IMG/VR virus record: IMGVR_UViG_3300029922_000037
Length of the DNA: 28,167 nt
Direction: 5' to 3' (one strand)
DNA from: an uncultured virus (IMG/VR IMGVR_UViG_3300029922_000037)
Lineage: Duplodnaviria; Heunggongvirae; Uroviricota; Caudoviricetes
Shown here: positions 1 through 8,420 of the stretch, piece by piece
Numbering within the stretch: the stretch's first letter is position 1
How the letters are laid out: the number at the start of each line of letters is the position of its first letter
Notes under the pieces: generated by a model
Told to the model about the DNA's origin: nothing
What the model saw: the letters and a program-made list of their open reading frames with translations, nothing else
The model's database searches: none
Made by a program: the position numbers and the translations under genes

Positions 1-1113
1 AGCCAGAGTCCACAGCAACCTGCTATTTTCTTCCCGTTTTCAACCGTATACACGATCGTGATCGCTGGTATTTATCGGATATCTGCGCTTGGCGCTGGCG
101 GCGCTGGTGGCATGGCATATACCAGCACTGGGACAGCGCAAGCCGCTGCGGGTGGTGGCGGCGGCGGCTTCTCTGAAATCGATGTCTTCCTACCATCTGG
201 TACGGCTATCACTATTTCACCTGGAGTGGGTGGCGCCGGGGTTACGGCGACAAATGGTACTGCGGTAATTGGCAACGCCGGAACATCCACGACGGTGACT
301 GCAACCGGGCTGTCGTTAACGGCAACCGGCGGCGGCGGTGGCGGCGCCAGTATTGTCTCTGGCACTCAGGTATACGGTGGCAGCGCAGGCACTGCATCGG
401 GCGGCTCGAACAACCAAAGCGGGGGCAATGGCGGGGCTGCTCAAGCCACATCGACAAGTACCGGCGTAGCCCAAGCTGCGGCAGGCGGCGGCGCGGCGGC
501 TACGCCTTTGGGCACGGGTGGCGCGGGCGGCGCGGCGCTGACATCAATCACGGGAACGTCGACATATTCAGCCAGCGGCGGCGGCGGCGGCGTGGGCGGT
601 TTCGCTGGCGGTATGGCGACCGCAACTAGCGCGAGTTCTGCAACGGGCGGCGCGGGTACGGGAGGGGCGTCGGTGAACGCTACAAATGCTGTTGGTCTTG
701 GTGGCGTCCCACGTTTGGGGTCATTCGGTGCGAGCACAAGCACCGTTGGCGCGGATGGTATTAGCCGTACCGTTACGCTCAGTGCTCAAAATTTAACAAT
801 AGCTAGTGTGGGTTTTGAATCGTTGTTCGATCCGTGGCGCTCATTCACTGGCGGCGGCGGCAGCGGCGGAGCGAACCTCGGAACGAATGGAGGGCTTGGT
901 GCTGGTGGGGGCGGCAGTGGGACTGGTTACTTTGGCGCTTGCGGCGGGACATGTGGCGGCGGCGGCGGTGGTTCGGGAGGCGGTGGGATTTCGGGAGGCG
1001 GTGGCGTTGGAGGTCTGGGCGGCTTTGGTGCTGGCGGCGGCGGCATGGCTGGAAACGGCGTCAAGAGCGGAGCCGGCGGCAACGGCATTGTTACGATCGA
1101 ACGAATCGGGTAA
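1..1113 (+). CDS. Glycine-rich (polyglycine) adhesin-like protein, 5'-truncated by the window edge
   Basis: Frame 1 is open from base 1 (SQSPQQPAIFFPFSTVYTIVIAGIYRIS...), so the real start lies upstream. Many GGxGG runs. Shares the blocks QPAIFFP, GGGGGGFxExD, GFxSLFxPWR and VTxERI with the gene at 2700-3833. Confidence 0.8.
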   Translation, partial: SQSPQQPAIFFPFSTVYTIVIAGIYRISALGAGGAGGMAYTSTGTAQAAAGGGGGGFSEIDVFLPSGTAITISPGVGGAGVTATNGTAVIGNAGTSTTVTATGLSLTATGGGGGGASIVSGTQVYGGSAGTASGGSNNQSGGNGGAAQATSTSTGVAQAAAGGGAAATPLGTGGAGGAALTSITGTSTYSASGGGGGVGGFAGGMATATSASSATGGAGTGGASVNATNAVGLGGVPRLGSFGASTSTVGADGISRTVTLSAQNLTIASVGFESLFDPWRSFTGGGGSGGANLGTNGGLGAGGGGSGTGYFGACGGTCGGGGGGSGGGGISGGGGVGGLGGFGAGGGGMAGNGVKSGAGGNGIVTIERIG

Positions 1114-1122
1114 GGGGGCATC

Positions 1123-2700
1123 TTGAAAAAAATCATTATTTCAATTTTTCTGCTGATCGCATCGATCACTGCAGGAGCCGTTGGGTCAAGCGTTAACCCT
1201 TCTGAACCAGCTTTCAAAGAAAATCTGTCATCCGGCCCGATACGCTCAAATTTTGCTGCTGCTTATAGCGACATCAATAATATTTTTGGGCAATTCAATT
1301 CTGCGACAGCACCGGCCTCTCCATCAATCGGTAATCTCTGGCTAAACACTGCCGGAACTCCATATTCATTGGATGAATACGACGGCACGAGTTGGGTAAA
1401 TTTACTCGGAATCAATGCGTCGACGCATTTGCCTTTATTCCCAATTGCTGGCTTTCCTCTCGGGGCATCGGTCGGCAATCCCGGTACCGGCAAGATCGAA
1501 GCGCTATTGCCGCCATCGACTGTCACGCAGAGCAACTACGCCTTCGGCACCGCCGACCTGTTCAAAAAGACACGGCGCAGCAATGGCGGCACGGCGATGA
1601 CCGACACGCTGCCGGCAGCGGGCGCAACCGGATTGGCGAATGGGACGCAGATCAATATCGCTAACGTGGATGCAAGCGCAACCGACACCGTGACCGCTGG
1701 CAGCGGGACAACGATCGACGGAAGTTCGACGCTTGTGATTCAGCCAGGGCGCGATATCTGGCTGATTTACGATCTGGCGAACGCAGAATGGCGTGGAGCG
1801 GGGAATTCGAGGACGGCGGTTTTGTTTTCCGGCACGCCGCCTACCGCTTCGCAGCTTTGGGGTGGGTCGGCTACGCCTGGGAGTGGGGCGGCGGTTGCAG
1901 TCGGGAGTTGCCTGACGCTTTCCGGGGGCGTTCTTTCCAATAGCTGCGGCAGCACGTTTACCGGGCCAGGGTCGTCTACAAATGGATATCTCCCGCAATG
2001 GAATGGCGCAACAGGAAATATATTGGCGGCAGGCCTTCCGGTTGGCACAACTGGAAACAACACCGTTGTTGAAACTAATGGAAGTGGGCTGATTGCAGCA
2101 TCGATCATCCCCGCACCAACGGCAACGACACTCGGAGGAATTGAAAGCATTACGAGTTCAGCAAGCAATTGGATTGACTCAATCAGCACCAGCGGCGTTC
2201 CGCATAAATCACAACCTGCATTCTCCGATATTTCAGGGTCTCTAGCAGCCTCTCAAGAACCTGCATTTACCGGAGATATAACGACAAGTGCAGGGTCTAC
2301 CGCGACAACGCTTGCGAATACCGCCGTCACCCCAGGAAGTTATACATCAGCGAATATTACGGTAGACGCAAAAGGTCGTTTGACGGCGGCGGCAAATGGA
2401 TCGGGAGGTGGGGCAAATAATTACATCACAAAAACGACAACTTACACCGCCGCTAATAGCGATAATATCTTTGCAGATACCAGTGGCGGTGCGTTCGCAA
2501 TCACATTGCCACCCACGCCAAGTCAGTACAATCAAGTATGTGTTTCAGACGCAGCAGGAACATTCAGCACGAACACATTGACCATTTCTCGCAACGGTTC
2601 AAATATTATGGGGTCCGCCGCAGACATGACAGTGACAACAAATTATGCATCATTTTGCTTGATGTATTACACGACAACACCTGGCTGGAGAATAAAATAA
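1123..2700 (+). CDS. Tail-fibre-like protein with an N-terminal signal-peptide-like segment
   Basis: TTG start after AAGGGGG. Thr/Ser/Gly-rich; fibre-type motif VTPGSYTSANITVDAKGRLTAA; beta-rich modules (..DTSGGAFAITLP..GWRI). N-terminus MKKIIISIFLLIASITAGA. Confidence 0.75.
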   Translation: MKKIIISIFLLIASITAGAVGSSVNPSEPAFKENLSSGPIRSNFAAAYSDINNIFGQFNSATAPASPSIGNLWLNTAGTPYSLDEYDGTSWVNLLGINASTHLPLFPIAGFPLGASVGNPGTGKIEALLPPSTVTQSNYAFGTADLFKKTRRSNGGTAMTDTLPAAGATGLANGTQINIANVDASATDTVTAGSGTTIDGSSTLVIQPGRDIWLIYDLANAEWRGAGNSRTAVLFSGTPPTASQLWGGSATPGSGAAVAVGSCLTLSGGVLSNSCGSTFTGPGSSTNGYLPQWNGATGNILAAGLPVGTTGNNTVVETNGSGLIAASIIPAPTATTLGGIESITSSASNWIDSISTSGVPHKSQPAFSDISGSLAASQEPAFTGDITTSAGSTATTLANTAVTPGSYTSANITVDAKGRLTAAANGSGGGANNYITKTTTYTAANSDNIFADTSGGAFAITLPPTPSQYNQVCVSDAAGTFSTNTLTISRNGSNIMGSAADMTVTTNYASFCLMYYTTTPGWRIK

Positions 2701-3833
2701 TGCGAAATTTCATCAATCGGGCAATCCTTTCAGCAGTTTTATTGTGCTTTTATGCGACCTCTTTCGCGAGCGATTTCAGTCAATTCGCTGGCGGCGGGTC
2801 TGCACTACAACCGGCAATATTTTTTCCCACATCAACAACTTATACAATTCCCGTAACGGGAACCTATCGAGTATCTGTCGAAGGTGGTGGCGGTTCCGGC
2901 GCGGCGTGCTTAAATTCGCCTTGTGCTTCGTCTGGAGGTGGTGGTGGTGGATTCGCGGAGGTTGATCAGTCGTTTATTTCCGGCACGGTTCTGACAATCA
3001 CGGTGGGCGCTGGTGGCGCTGGAATTGCTGAATCGACAGGATCAACTTGCGCGAACGGAAATGCCGGGGGAACTACTAGCGTCACCGCGTCAGGGTTCAC
3101 TACCATTCAAGCGACTGGCGGCAGCGGGGGGACTTGTAGCAAAACAATAAGCGTTACGGGAGGTGCCGGCGGGGTCGGGTCAGGTGGCTCCAACAATCAA
3201 ACAGGCGGCGCGGGCGGCAATGTCACATGGTCTGCATCCGGGATTATCTCGGGCGGAGGCGGCGCGGGCGGATGGCCAAACGGAACTAGCGGCGCGGGCG
3301 GTGCCGGCACTACTCAAAACGGCGCGGGCGGCGGAGGCGGAGTCGGCGGCGCGGGCGGTTCCAGCGGTTCTGGCGGATGTGGCGGAGGCGGCGGTTCTGG
3401 CGGAGTCGGCGGCGTCAGCGTTGGGAGTGCTTGTCCTGGCGGAAGTGCCGGCGTCAATGGACTCCACTTTGCGTCAGCGGCAAGCACGGACGGAGCTTAC
3501 CGCACGGGGGCTGCTTCTGGCTCTGCGACAAACGCGATATCCTTCGGGTTTGATTCTCTGTTCGAACCGTGGCGGGCTATCACGGGCGGGGGTTCACAAG
3601 GAAACGAGCCATCCGTATCCCCTGGGACCGGCGGGGGAAGTGGCGGCAGCACCGCCGGTTTCGCTAGCGGGAATACCGGAATTTTGGGCGGTACTGGTGG
3701 ATGTACAGGAACCTCCTGTATCACGGGCAATTCATCTATTGGTGGTGGTACTGGTGGTGCTGCCTCGTCATCCACGAGTGCAACATCTGGCACGGCGGGC
3801 AGCGGTTTAGTTACCGTTGAAAGGATAAAATAA
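2700..3833 (+). CDS. Glycine-rich adhesin-like protein, paralogue of 1-1113
   Basis: ATG at 2700 overlaps the upstream TAA (TAATG), preferred over the track's 2538 start. N-terminus MRNFINRAILSAVLLCFYATSFA is signal-peptide-like; polyglycine runs; several cysteines. Confidence 0.8.
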   Translation: MRNFINRAILSAVLLCFYATSFASDFSQFAGGGSALQPAIFFPTSTTYTIPVTGTYRVSVEGGGGSGAACLNSPCASSGGGGGGFAEVDQSFISGTVLTITVGAGGAGIAESTGSTCANGNAGGTTSVTASGFTTIQATGGSGGTCSKTISVTGGAGGVGSGGSNNQTGGAGGNVTWSASGIISGGGGAGGWPNGTSGAGGAGTTQNGAGGGGGVGGAGGSSGSGGCGGGGGSGGVGGVSVGSACPGGSAGVNGLHFASAASTDGAYRTGAASGSATNAISFGFDSLFEPWRAITGGGSQGNEPSVSPGTGGGSGGSTAGFASGNTGILGGTGGCTGTSCITGNSSIGGGTGGAASSSTSATSGTAGSGLVTVERIK

Positions 3834-3880
3834 TTCTTGACATGGTTGAATTCAAAACTCTTTAAACCTGAAAGCCGCAA

Positions 3881-4570
3881 ATGAAAAAAATACTCGCCGC
3901 ATTGGTCGTAATGGCCTCGTCTATTTGGCTAAATGCCAATGCGGTCGAGTTGAAACTTGATTTAGATCTGACGCAATATCAGCCGGCACCTGTCGGAAAT
4001 TGGTATCAGCGCGACATGCCGAACACGATTCGTTGTCGCGCTGTGTCAGGTGCCATTGGGATTTATACCGATCAGTTTTACGATGGTTGGCAAATTGGTT
4101 TAGGTGTCGGCAATGCCGGCCGCTGCACGTCAGATGCGATGATTCATAACGTCGACGATTGCTCAGTAGGTTGTGGACCAATCAGTCACATGCAAGGCCA
4201 AGGAACTATGCCATTCGGCTATCTGATGGCACGCAAGACATGGGGAAGCTGGTTCGCTGAAGGTGGATTGTATGTGACTCGGCCAAACTATGAAAATACG
4301 AATTTTAATTGGTATGGACCGCCGCCGACATATCAGGTCGGTCCGCTTGTTAGCCATATCGATCACGCAGTGAAGAACACGCCAGGATTTGGTGCTGCTG
4401 TCGGTTATACTTTCGCAAAAAACTGGTCGGCAATTCTAAAAATCATCCCGACTAAATCGACCAACACGCAACCAGATCCAAACGGTTCCAGTGGACAAAC
4501 CTACTATCGCCCAATTTATTCCGGTGCGCTTGGTTATGCTGCATCAATCGGGGTCCAATTCAGTTATTGA
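3881..4570 (+). CDS. Exported protein, probable small outer-membrane beta-barrel
   Basis: Sec-type N-terminus MKKILAALVVMASSIWLNANA; amphipathic strands (WQIGLGV, WFAEGGLY, FGAAVGYTF); aromatic C-terminal strand ASIGVQFSY. Confidence 0.6.
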   Translation: MKKILAALVVMASSIWLNANAVELKLDLDLTQYQPAPVGNWYQRDMPNTIRCRAVSGAIGIYTDQFYDGWQIGLGVGNAGRCTSDAMIHNVDDCSVGCGPISHMQGQGTMPFGYLMARKTWGSWFAEGGLYVTRPNYENTNFNWYGPPPTYQVGPLVSHIDHAVKNTPGFGAAVGYTFAKNWSAILKIIPTKSTNTQPDPNGSSGQTYYRPIYSGALGYAASIGVQFSY

Positions 4571-4610
4571 AATTTGAGTAAATTCGTGACATTAAAATAG
4601 GTGCAATGAG

Positions 4611-5075
4611 ATGGGGACACAAGCCATGCCAGAAAGCGAATTAAGGGATTCACTGCACCCGATAGATCGCCGGATGAATGAATCTTCTCGGAGAGATTAT
4701 GTAATGGAGAGCCTTGAAGAAGGGCGAAAGCAATTCGCGGCTATTCATGAAAGTCTGAATAAACTTACCGAGACCGTCGGTACGATGAGCGTAAAGCTTG
4801 AAGAAAATACGGTTTTGACAAATAGGGCAGTTGAATTGGCCACCAAGACGGCCGACGGAACCGCCGATCTGGTAAGGATTTCTGAGTTCGGTACAAAGAT
4901 CACAAAATTTGGTCGATTCGTTGCGAGCACAGTCGCGGTATGCACCAACGCATTGAGCGCATTGTCGAAGGTTCTCGTGCCAATTCTTATCCTATACGCG
5001 ATCGGCGTCACGCTATGGCATGGCGACAAGTTGAACTGGAAAGATATTCTTGATTGGGTGAAGCAAATATTATGA
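4611..5075 (+). CDS. Coiled-coil protein with a C-terminal transmembrane segment (holin/antiholin-like lysis-region protein)
   Basis: Heptad-like N-terminal half; hydrophobic VLVPILILYAIGVTLW; ATGA-coupled to the lysozyme gene. Confidence 0.55.
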   Translation: MGTQAMPESELRDSLHPIDRRMNESSRRDYVMESLEEGRKQFAAIHESLNKLTETVGTMSVKLEENTVLTNRAVELATKTADGTADLVRISEFGTKITKFGRFVASTVAVCTNALSALSKVLVPILILYAIGVTLWHGDKLNWKDILDWVKQIL

Positions 5076-5569
5076 CTCGTTCCACAAAAGATCAACTCGG
5101 CGGACAGAATGTAGCGGCATTTTTGGACATGCTGGCTGCATCTGAAATTGGTCCGGCATTACTGTCAGAATCTGATGACGGATACAACGTGCTCGTTGGA
5201 TCGACGCCATCGCATCCGCTTCTATTCACCGACTACTCGCACCATCCGAATGTGTTCAATCAAGCGTGCGACAGCACGGCAGCCGGCCGCTATCAACTAC
5301 TGCACAGATACGCCATAGCATACATTGCATCGCTTAATCTGCCAGATTTCTCGCCGATTAGCCAGGATGCCATTGCGGTTCGCCAGATCAAAGAGCGCGG
5401 TGCGCTCCCACACATTATCGCCGGCAATTTCGCTGTTGCAGTGCAGTTGTGCAGCAATATCTGGGCAAGCCTTCCTGGAAACAATTATGGGCAGCACGCC
5501 AATTCGTTGACGATGTTGCAGGCCGCATATGTCGCCGCCGGCGGCACTCTATCTGAGGGATCGACATGA
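5072..5569 (+). CDS. Endolysin, lambda-R-like lytic transglycosylase
   Basis: Motifs AFLDMLAASE, GYNVLVG, STAAGRYQ, DFSPISQD and IWASLPG are typical of lambda-R lysozymes. ATG at 5072 overlaps the previous stop. Confidence 0.92.
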   Translation: MTRSTKDQLGGQNVAAFLDMLAASEIGPALLSESDDGYNVLVGSTPSHPLLFTDYSHHPNVFNQACDSTAAGRYQLLHRYAIAYIASLNLPDFSPISQDAIAVRQIKERGALPHIIAGNFAVAVQLCSNIWASLPGNNYGQHANSLTMLQAAYVAAGGTLSEGST

Positions 5570-6327
5570 AATACGGACGTCGGCCAGCGCGCCATACACT
5601 CAAGACAATGCGTTCTGCTATCGTGATGCATCGGCATTTGACTGCACTCGGTCACGCGCCTGCAGTTGGTAACGATTATGTGTCGGCGGTTACGGTTCCA
5701 TGGGGCATGTATTTGAACGATTCCATTGGGGATTGTGTCTGCGCTGACACAGCGCATGCATTGATGCTGCGCACCGCCAATTCGTCTGGCATCGTTATCC
5801 CTACCGATGCCGATGTCCTTGCATTGTATGAAACCGTTGGCGGCTACAATCCCACCGATCCGTCGACCGACCAGGGCTGTGATGAAACAGCCATGTGCCA
5901 ATACCTCGAATCGACAGGATTTCTCGGGCACAAAAGCAATGCAACTGGCATGATCGATCCCAGCAACATCGACCACATCAAATGGGCCGCGCATTTGTTC
6001 GGGTCAGTACGGCTTGGCTTCAATATGCCAGTATCTGCAATGGCGCAGTTCGATAACGGGCGCCCTTGGGATATCGATCCCGCTGCCGACAATTCTCTCG
6101 ATGGCGGTCACGATGTGCCGTTGGTTGCATACGACAGCGATTTCTTTCATGTCATCACATGGGGGCGTATCCAAGCCGTCACACCGGCATTCTTCGCGAA
6201 GTATTGCGATGAAGCGCATGCGGAAGTGTTCTTGGACTGGATTCGTGCAACTGGTGTGGCGCCATCTGGATTCAATGCCAACCAACTGGTCGCCGACCTG
6301 GCTGGACTCGTTAGTGGTGCGCCATGA
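5566..6327 (+). CDS. Papain-like cysteine peptidase
   Basis: NDSIGDCVCA (catalytic Cys region), GGHDVPLVAYD (catalytic His), ITWG motif. Confidence 0.7.
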   Translation: MKYGRRPARHTLKTMRSAIVMHRHLTALGHAPAVGNDYVSAVTVPWGMYLNDSIGDCVCADTAHALMLRTANSSGIVIPTDADVLALYETVGGYNPTDPSTDQGCDETAMCQYLESTGFLGHKSNATGMIDPSNIDHIKWAAHLFGSVRLGFNMPVSAMAQFDNGRPWDIDPAADNSLDGGHDVPLVAYDSDFFHVITWGRIQAVTPAFFAKYCDEAHAEVFLDWIRATGVAPSGFNANQLVADLAGLVSGAP

Positions 6328-6590
6328 AGACAAAACTTGAAATCTTGATCGCTTATCTGGCGGCGCGCGGCCGCGAAACAGGGACATGGAAATGTCTCGG
6401 GACGATCCTGGTATATATTGGATCTCGCTATGGGATTACTCTCACGCCAGAAGAGTGCATGTTTTATTCTGGCATTGTCTACGTAGCAGTTGGTGTGCTT
6501 GCACCAGATGCAAAGGCGAAGGCCGATGTCATTATTCAACAGACACATTCTGAAGTGCAATCTGCTTTGGCAGGGAAGGATGCATCTTGA
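6324..6590 (+). CDS. Small two-TM holin-like protein
   Basis: 88 aa, two hydrophobic segments after a RETGTW motif resembling the REPSTW start of small phage holins; lysis-region context. Confidence 0.6.
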   Translation: MKTKLEILIAYLAARGRETGTWKCLGTILVYIGSRYGITLTPEECMFYSGIVYVAVGVLAPDAKAKADVIIQQTHSEVQSALAGKDAS

Positions 6591-6763
6591 CGGATGAAGA
6601 AGTCAAACAAGCGATGACGCGGATCGTCGCGGCATATCAGGCTAAATATGGACAGCCGCCGAACGAATGGTTCATGAATCAATTCGATTTCGCACTGTCG
6701 ATGGAAAACCAGACCGAAGCGCAGGTTATGGACGATATCAATTCTGGGAGGACTGCGCCATGA
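6587..6763 (+). CDS. Hypothetical protein, 58 aa (absent from the ORF track)
   Basis: TTG start overlaps the previous stop (TTGA) after AAGGA. MTDEEVKQAMTRIVAAYQAKYGQPPNEWF...; its stop overlaps the next ATG. Confidence 0.65.
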   Translation: MTDEEVKQAMTRIVAAYQAKYGQPPNEWFMNQFDFALSMENQTEAQVMDDINSGRTAP

Positions 6764-7182
6764 AGAGGACATTTTTGATGATCATGGTCATGTCCTTGGT
6801 GATGTCTGTTCATGCCTCACCGCTTGAGACCGAGGTGATGGTTGACAACTTCGCCGAAGCATACAGAAGCCATCCGTATGTGGCACCAAAGCCGCTATTA
6901 ACGTGGTGTGCCGTGGTGCTGTCAAGCGATAAAGTTATCTACGGCGGTCGTTTCACTGCACCTAACGCGGACTCCGCAACAGCGCGAGCCTTGAAAGAGA
7001 TCAGGTCCTGGACAGATGGCCTGAACGGCCCTATGTCGAACTGGTTCGCGGGAACCATCAATGACTTGCAGCCAGATCTGCAGGAGGAATACGGAAAGCA
7101 CCCTAACGTAGATATCAATGGACATCTGTTCAACAACGGCAATGAGAAGCCGCATTTCAATATCTGGCGGTGCGACAAATAA
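6760..7182 (+). CDS. Exported hypothetical protein
   Basis: ATG at 6760 after GGAGG; signal-peptide-like MKRTFLMIMVMSLVMSVHA. Confidence 0.7.
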   Translation: MKRTFLMIMVMSLVMSVHASPLETEVMVDNFAEAYRSHPYVAPKPLLTWCAVVLSSDKVIYGGRFTAPNADSATARALKEIRSWTDGLNGPMSNWFAGTINDLQPDLQEEYGKHPNVDINGHLFNNGNEKPHFNIWRCDK

Positions 7183-7298
7183 TTTTTATCATGTTGGCCT
7201 TGACCGCGTGCCAACGCATTGATGACAATAAAACGCGGCAGTATTGCAATACGCTTCCGGTGCAATGTATTGATCCAGTTCACAAATAGGAATTCACC

Positions 7299-7613
7299 AT
7301 GAAAAAAACACTTCTCATTGCATCATTACTTGCCATCGCGCTGGCTGGATGCCAAACGATCAACGCTGCGAACACGACCATCGACAAGGTAATTGGTGAT
7401 GGTTGTAAGGCCGATACCGCAGAAGCCACAAAGATCGCTGGAACGCTCGACCCAGCTGGCGCCAAGTGTGCTGCTGCTTATGGCGAAGCCTGCGTTATCT
7501 TGACGGCAACGCCATGCTCTGGCGGACCGCTGTGCGCGATCGAGAAGCTTCGCGTCGGCCGCATCGAGCAGAACGCCGTGAATGCGGCCTGTGTCGGCGT
7601 GACGGTGCCGTAA
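7299..7613 (+). CDS. Cysteine-rich lipoprotein
   Basis: MKKTLLIASLLAIALAG-C lipobox; AGGA RBS; six more Cys in the mature part. Confidence 0.8.
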   Translation: MKKTLLIASLLAIALAGCQTINAANTTIDKVIGDGCKADTAEATKIAGTLDPAGAKCAAAYGEACVILTATPCSGGPLCAIEKLRVGRIEQNAVNAACVGVTVP

Positions 7614-8269
7614 TGAGCGAGATCGTGTTCGCCGCTCAGATGGCGACCCATGATGTCTACGCACCAGTCACCGAAGGCGTATTCGACAACGTTATCGTCA
7701 TCAACGAGGATACTGTTGCTACCAAGCGCGTTCCAGACGCGTTCTGGATCGTTCCAGCCGGTACTGAAAACATCGATGGCTGGATCAACGACATCGACAT
7801 CCTCACGACAGATTTGAATGGTGTTGGTGCCGTCCATTCTGGTTTCTATCAAAACGTGCCGGCGTTCGTGTACAAGATCGTACCAATGCTTCGGCTTGGC
7901 GACAAGATCAAAATCGCATGCCATTCGCGCGGATGCCCGATCGGTGCACTCATCGCGGCCGCATTGGTTATGCGCGGATATGAAGTCGTCCAGATGTACC
8001 TATTCGAGAGCCCAAACTTTTGCTTTCAACAGGGGGTCGACTGGTTTGCAAAAAACATACCGAATACATTCACGACGCGCTGCGTGGCGGCATGGGCAAA
8101 ATGGTTTGGAGATCCTGTTACGAAGGTGCCAGAACCGAACCCATGGCAACAATGGCGTCCTCTCGCCGGCCTGAAGCTTATTTTCGGGTCACCAAAGGGA
8201 CTGAAAAGACTTTCGATGATCGAATATCACATGGGTGAAACGGTTCGCGGCGCCGTGGCGGGGATGTGA
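7613..8269 (+). CDS. Class-3 lipase-like alpha/beta hydrolase
   Basis: TAATG coupling at 7613. Motifs in the expected order: AGT..DGWINDID, VHSGFY, nucleophile elbow CHSRG (GHSxG variant), FESP, DPVTKVP and a C-terminal His. Confidence 0.8.
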   Translation: MSEIVFAAQMATHDVYAPVTEGVFDNVIVINEDTVATKRVPDAFWIVPAGTENIDGWINDIDILTTDLNGVGAVHSGFYQNVPAFVYKIVPMLRLGDKIKIACHSRGCPIGALIAAALVMRGYEVVQMYLFESPNFCFQQGVDWFAKNIPNTFTTRCVAAWAKWFGDPVTKVPEPNPWQQWRPLAGLKLIFGSPKGLKRLSMIEYHMGETVRGAVAGM

Positions 8270-8364
8270 TGGCATTCGTCTTGATATGGTATTGGCCGTG
8301 GTTCATCCTGGCCGAATTGTCCAAGTCGCCCCGACGCCGCCCGGTGTTGAAACTGGTGAAATAG
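8269..8364 (+). CDS. 31-aa Trp-rich, cationic membrane peptide (absent from the ORF track)
   Basis: ATG overlaps the lipase stop (TGATG); MAFVLIWYWPWFILAELSKSPRRRPVLKLVK. Confidence 0.45.
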   Translation: MAFVLIWYWPWFILAELSKSPRRRPVLKLVK

Positions 8365-8373
8365 CCGTTCTGA

Positions 8374-8397
8374 CTTGGCGCGCAAAAACGCGTCAAG
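8374..8397. terminator. Hairpin at the convergence of the lysis and recombination arms
   Basis: CTTGGCGCG-CAAAAA-CGCGTCAAG stem (one G-U pair on +); no clear U tract. Confidence 0.3.
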
Positions 8398-8420
8398 GTC
8401 TGTGATTTCTTCCAAGCACG

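Noticed and set aside
72..1217. Pro-rich minus-strand ORFs and Arg/Trp-rich alternative-frame ORFs
   Set aside because: Shadows of the GGC/GGT glycine codons of the real gene.
1..3833. Possible diversity-generating retroelement TR/VR pair or invertible fibre cassette
   Set aside because: The paralogues differ at all base types rather than only at adenines, and no reverse transcriptase or invertase is in the window.
3163..3880. Ala/Arg-rich 215-aa overlapping ORF and antisense Pro-rich ORFs
   Set aside because: Alternative-frame readings of the polyglycine gene, with no independent RBS or motifs.
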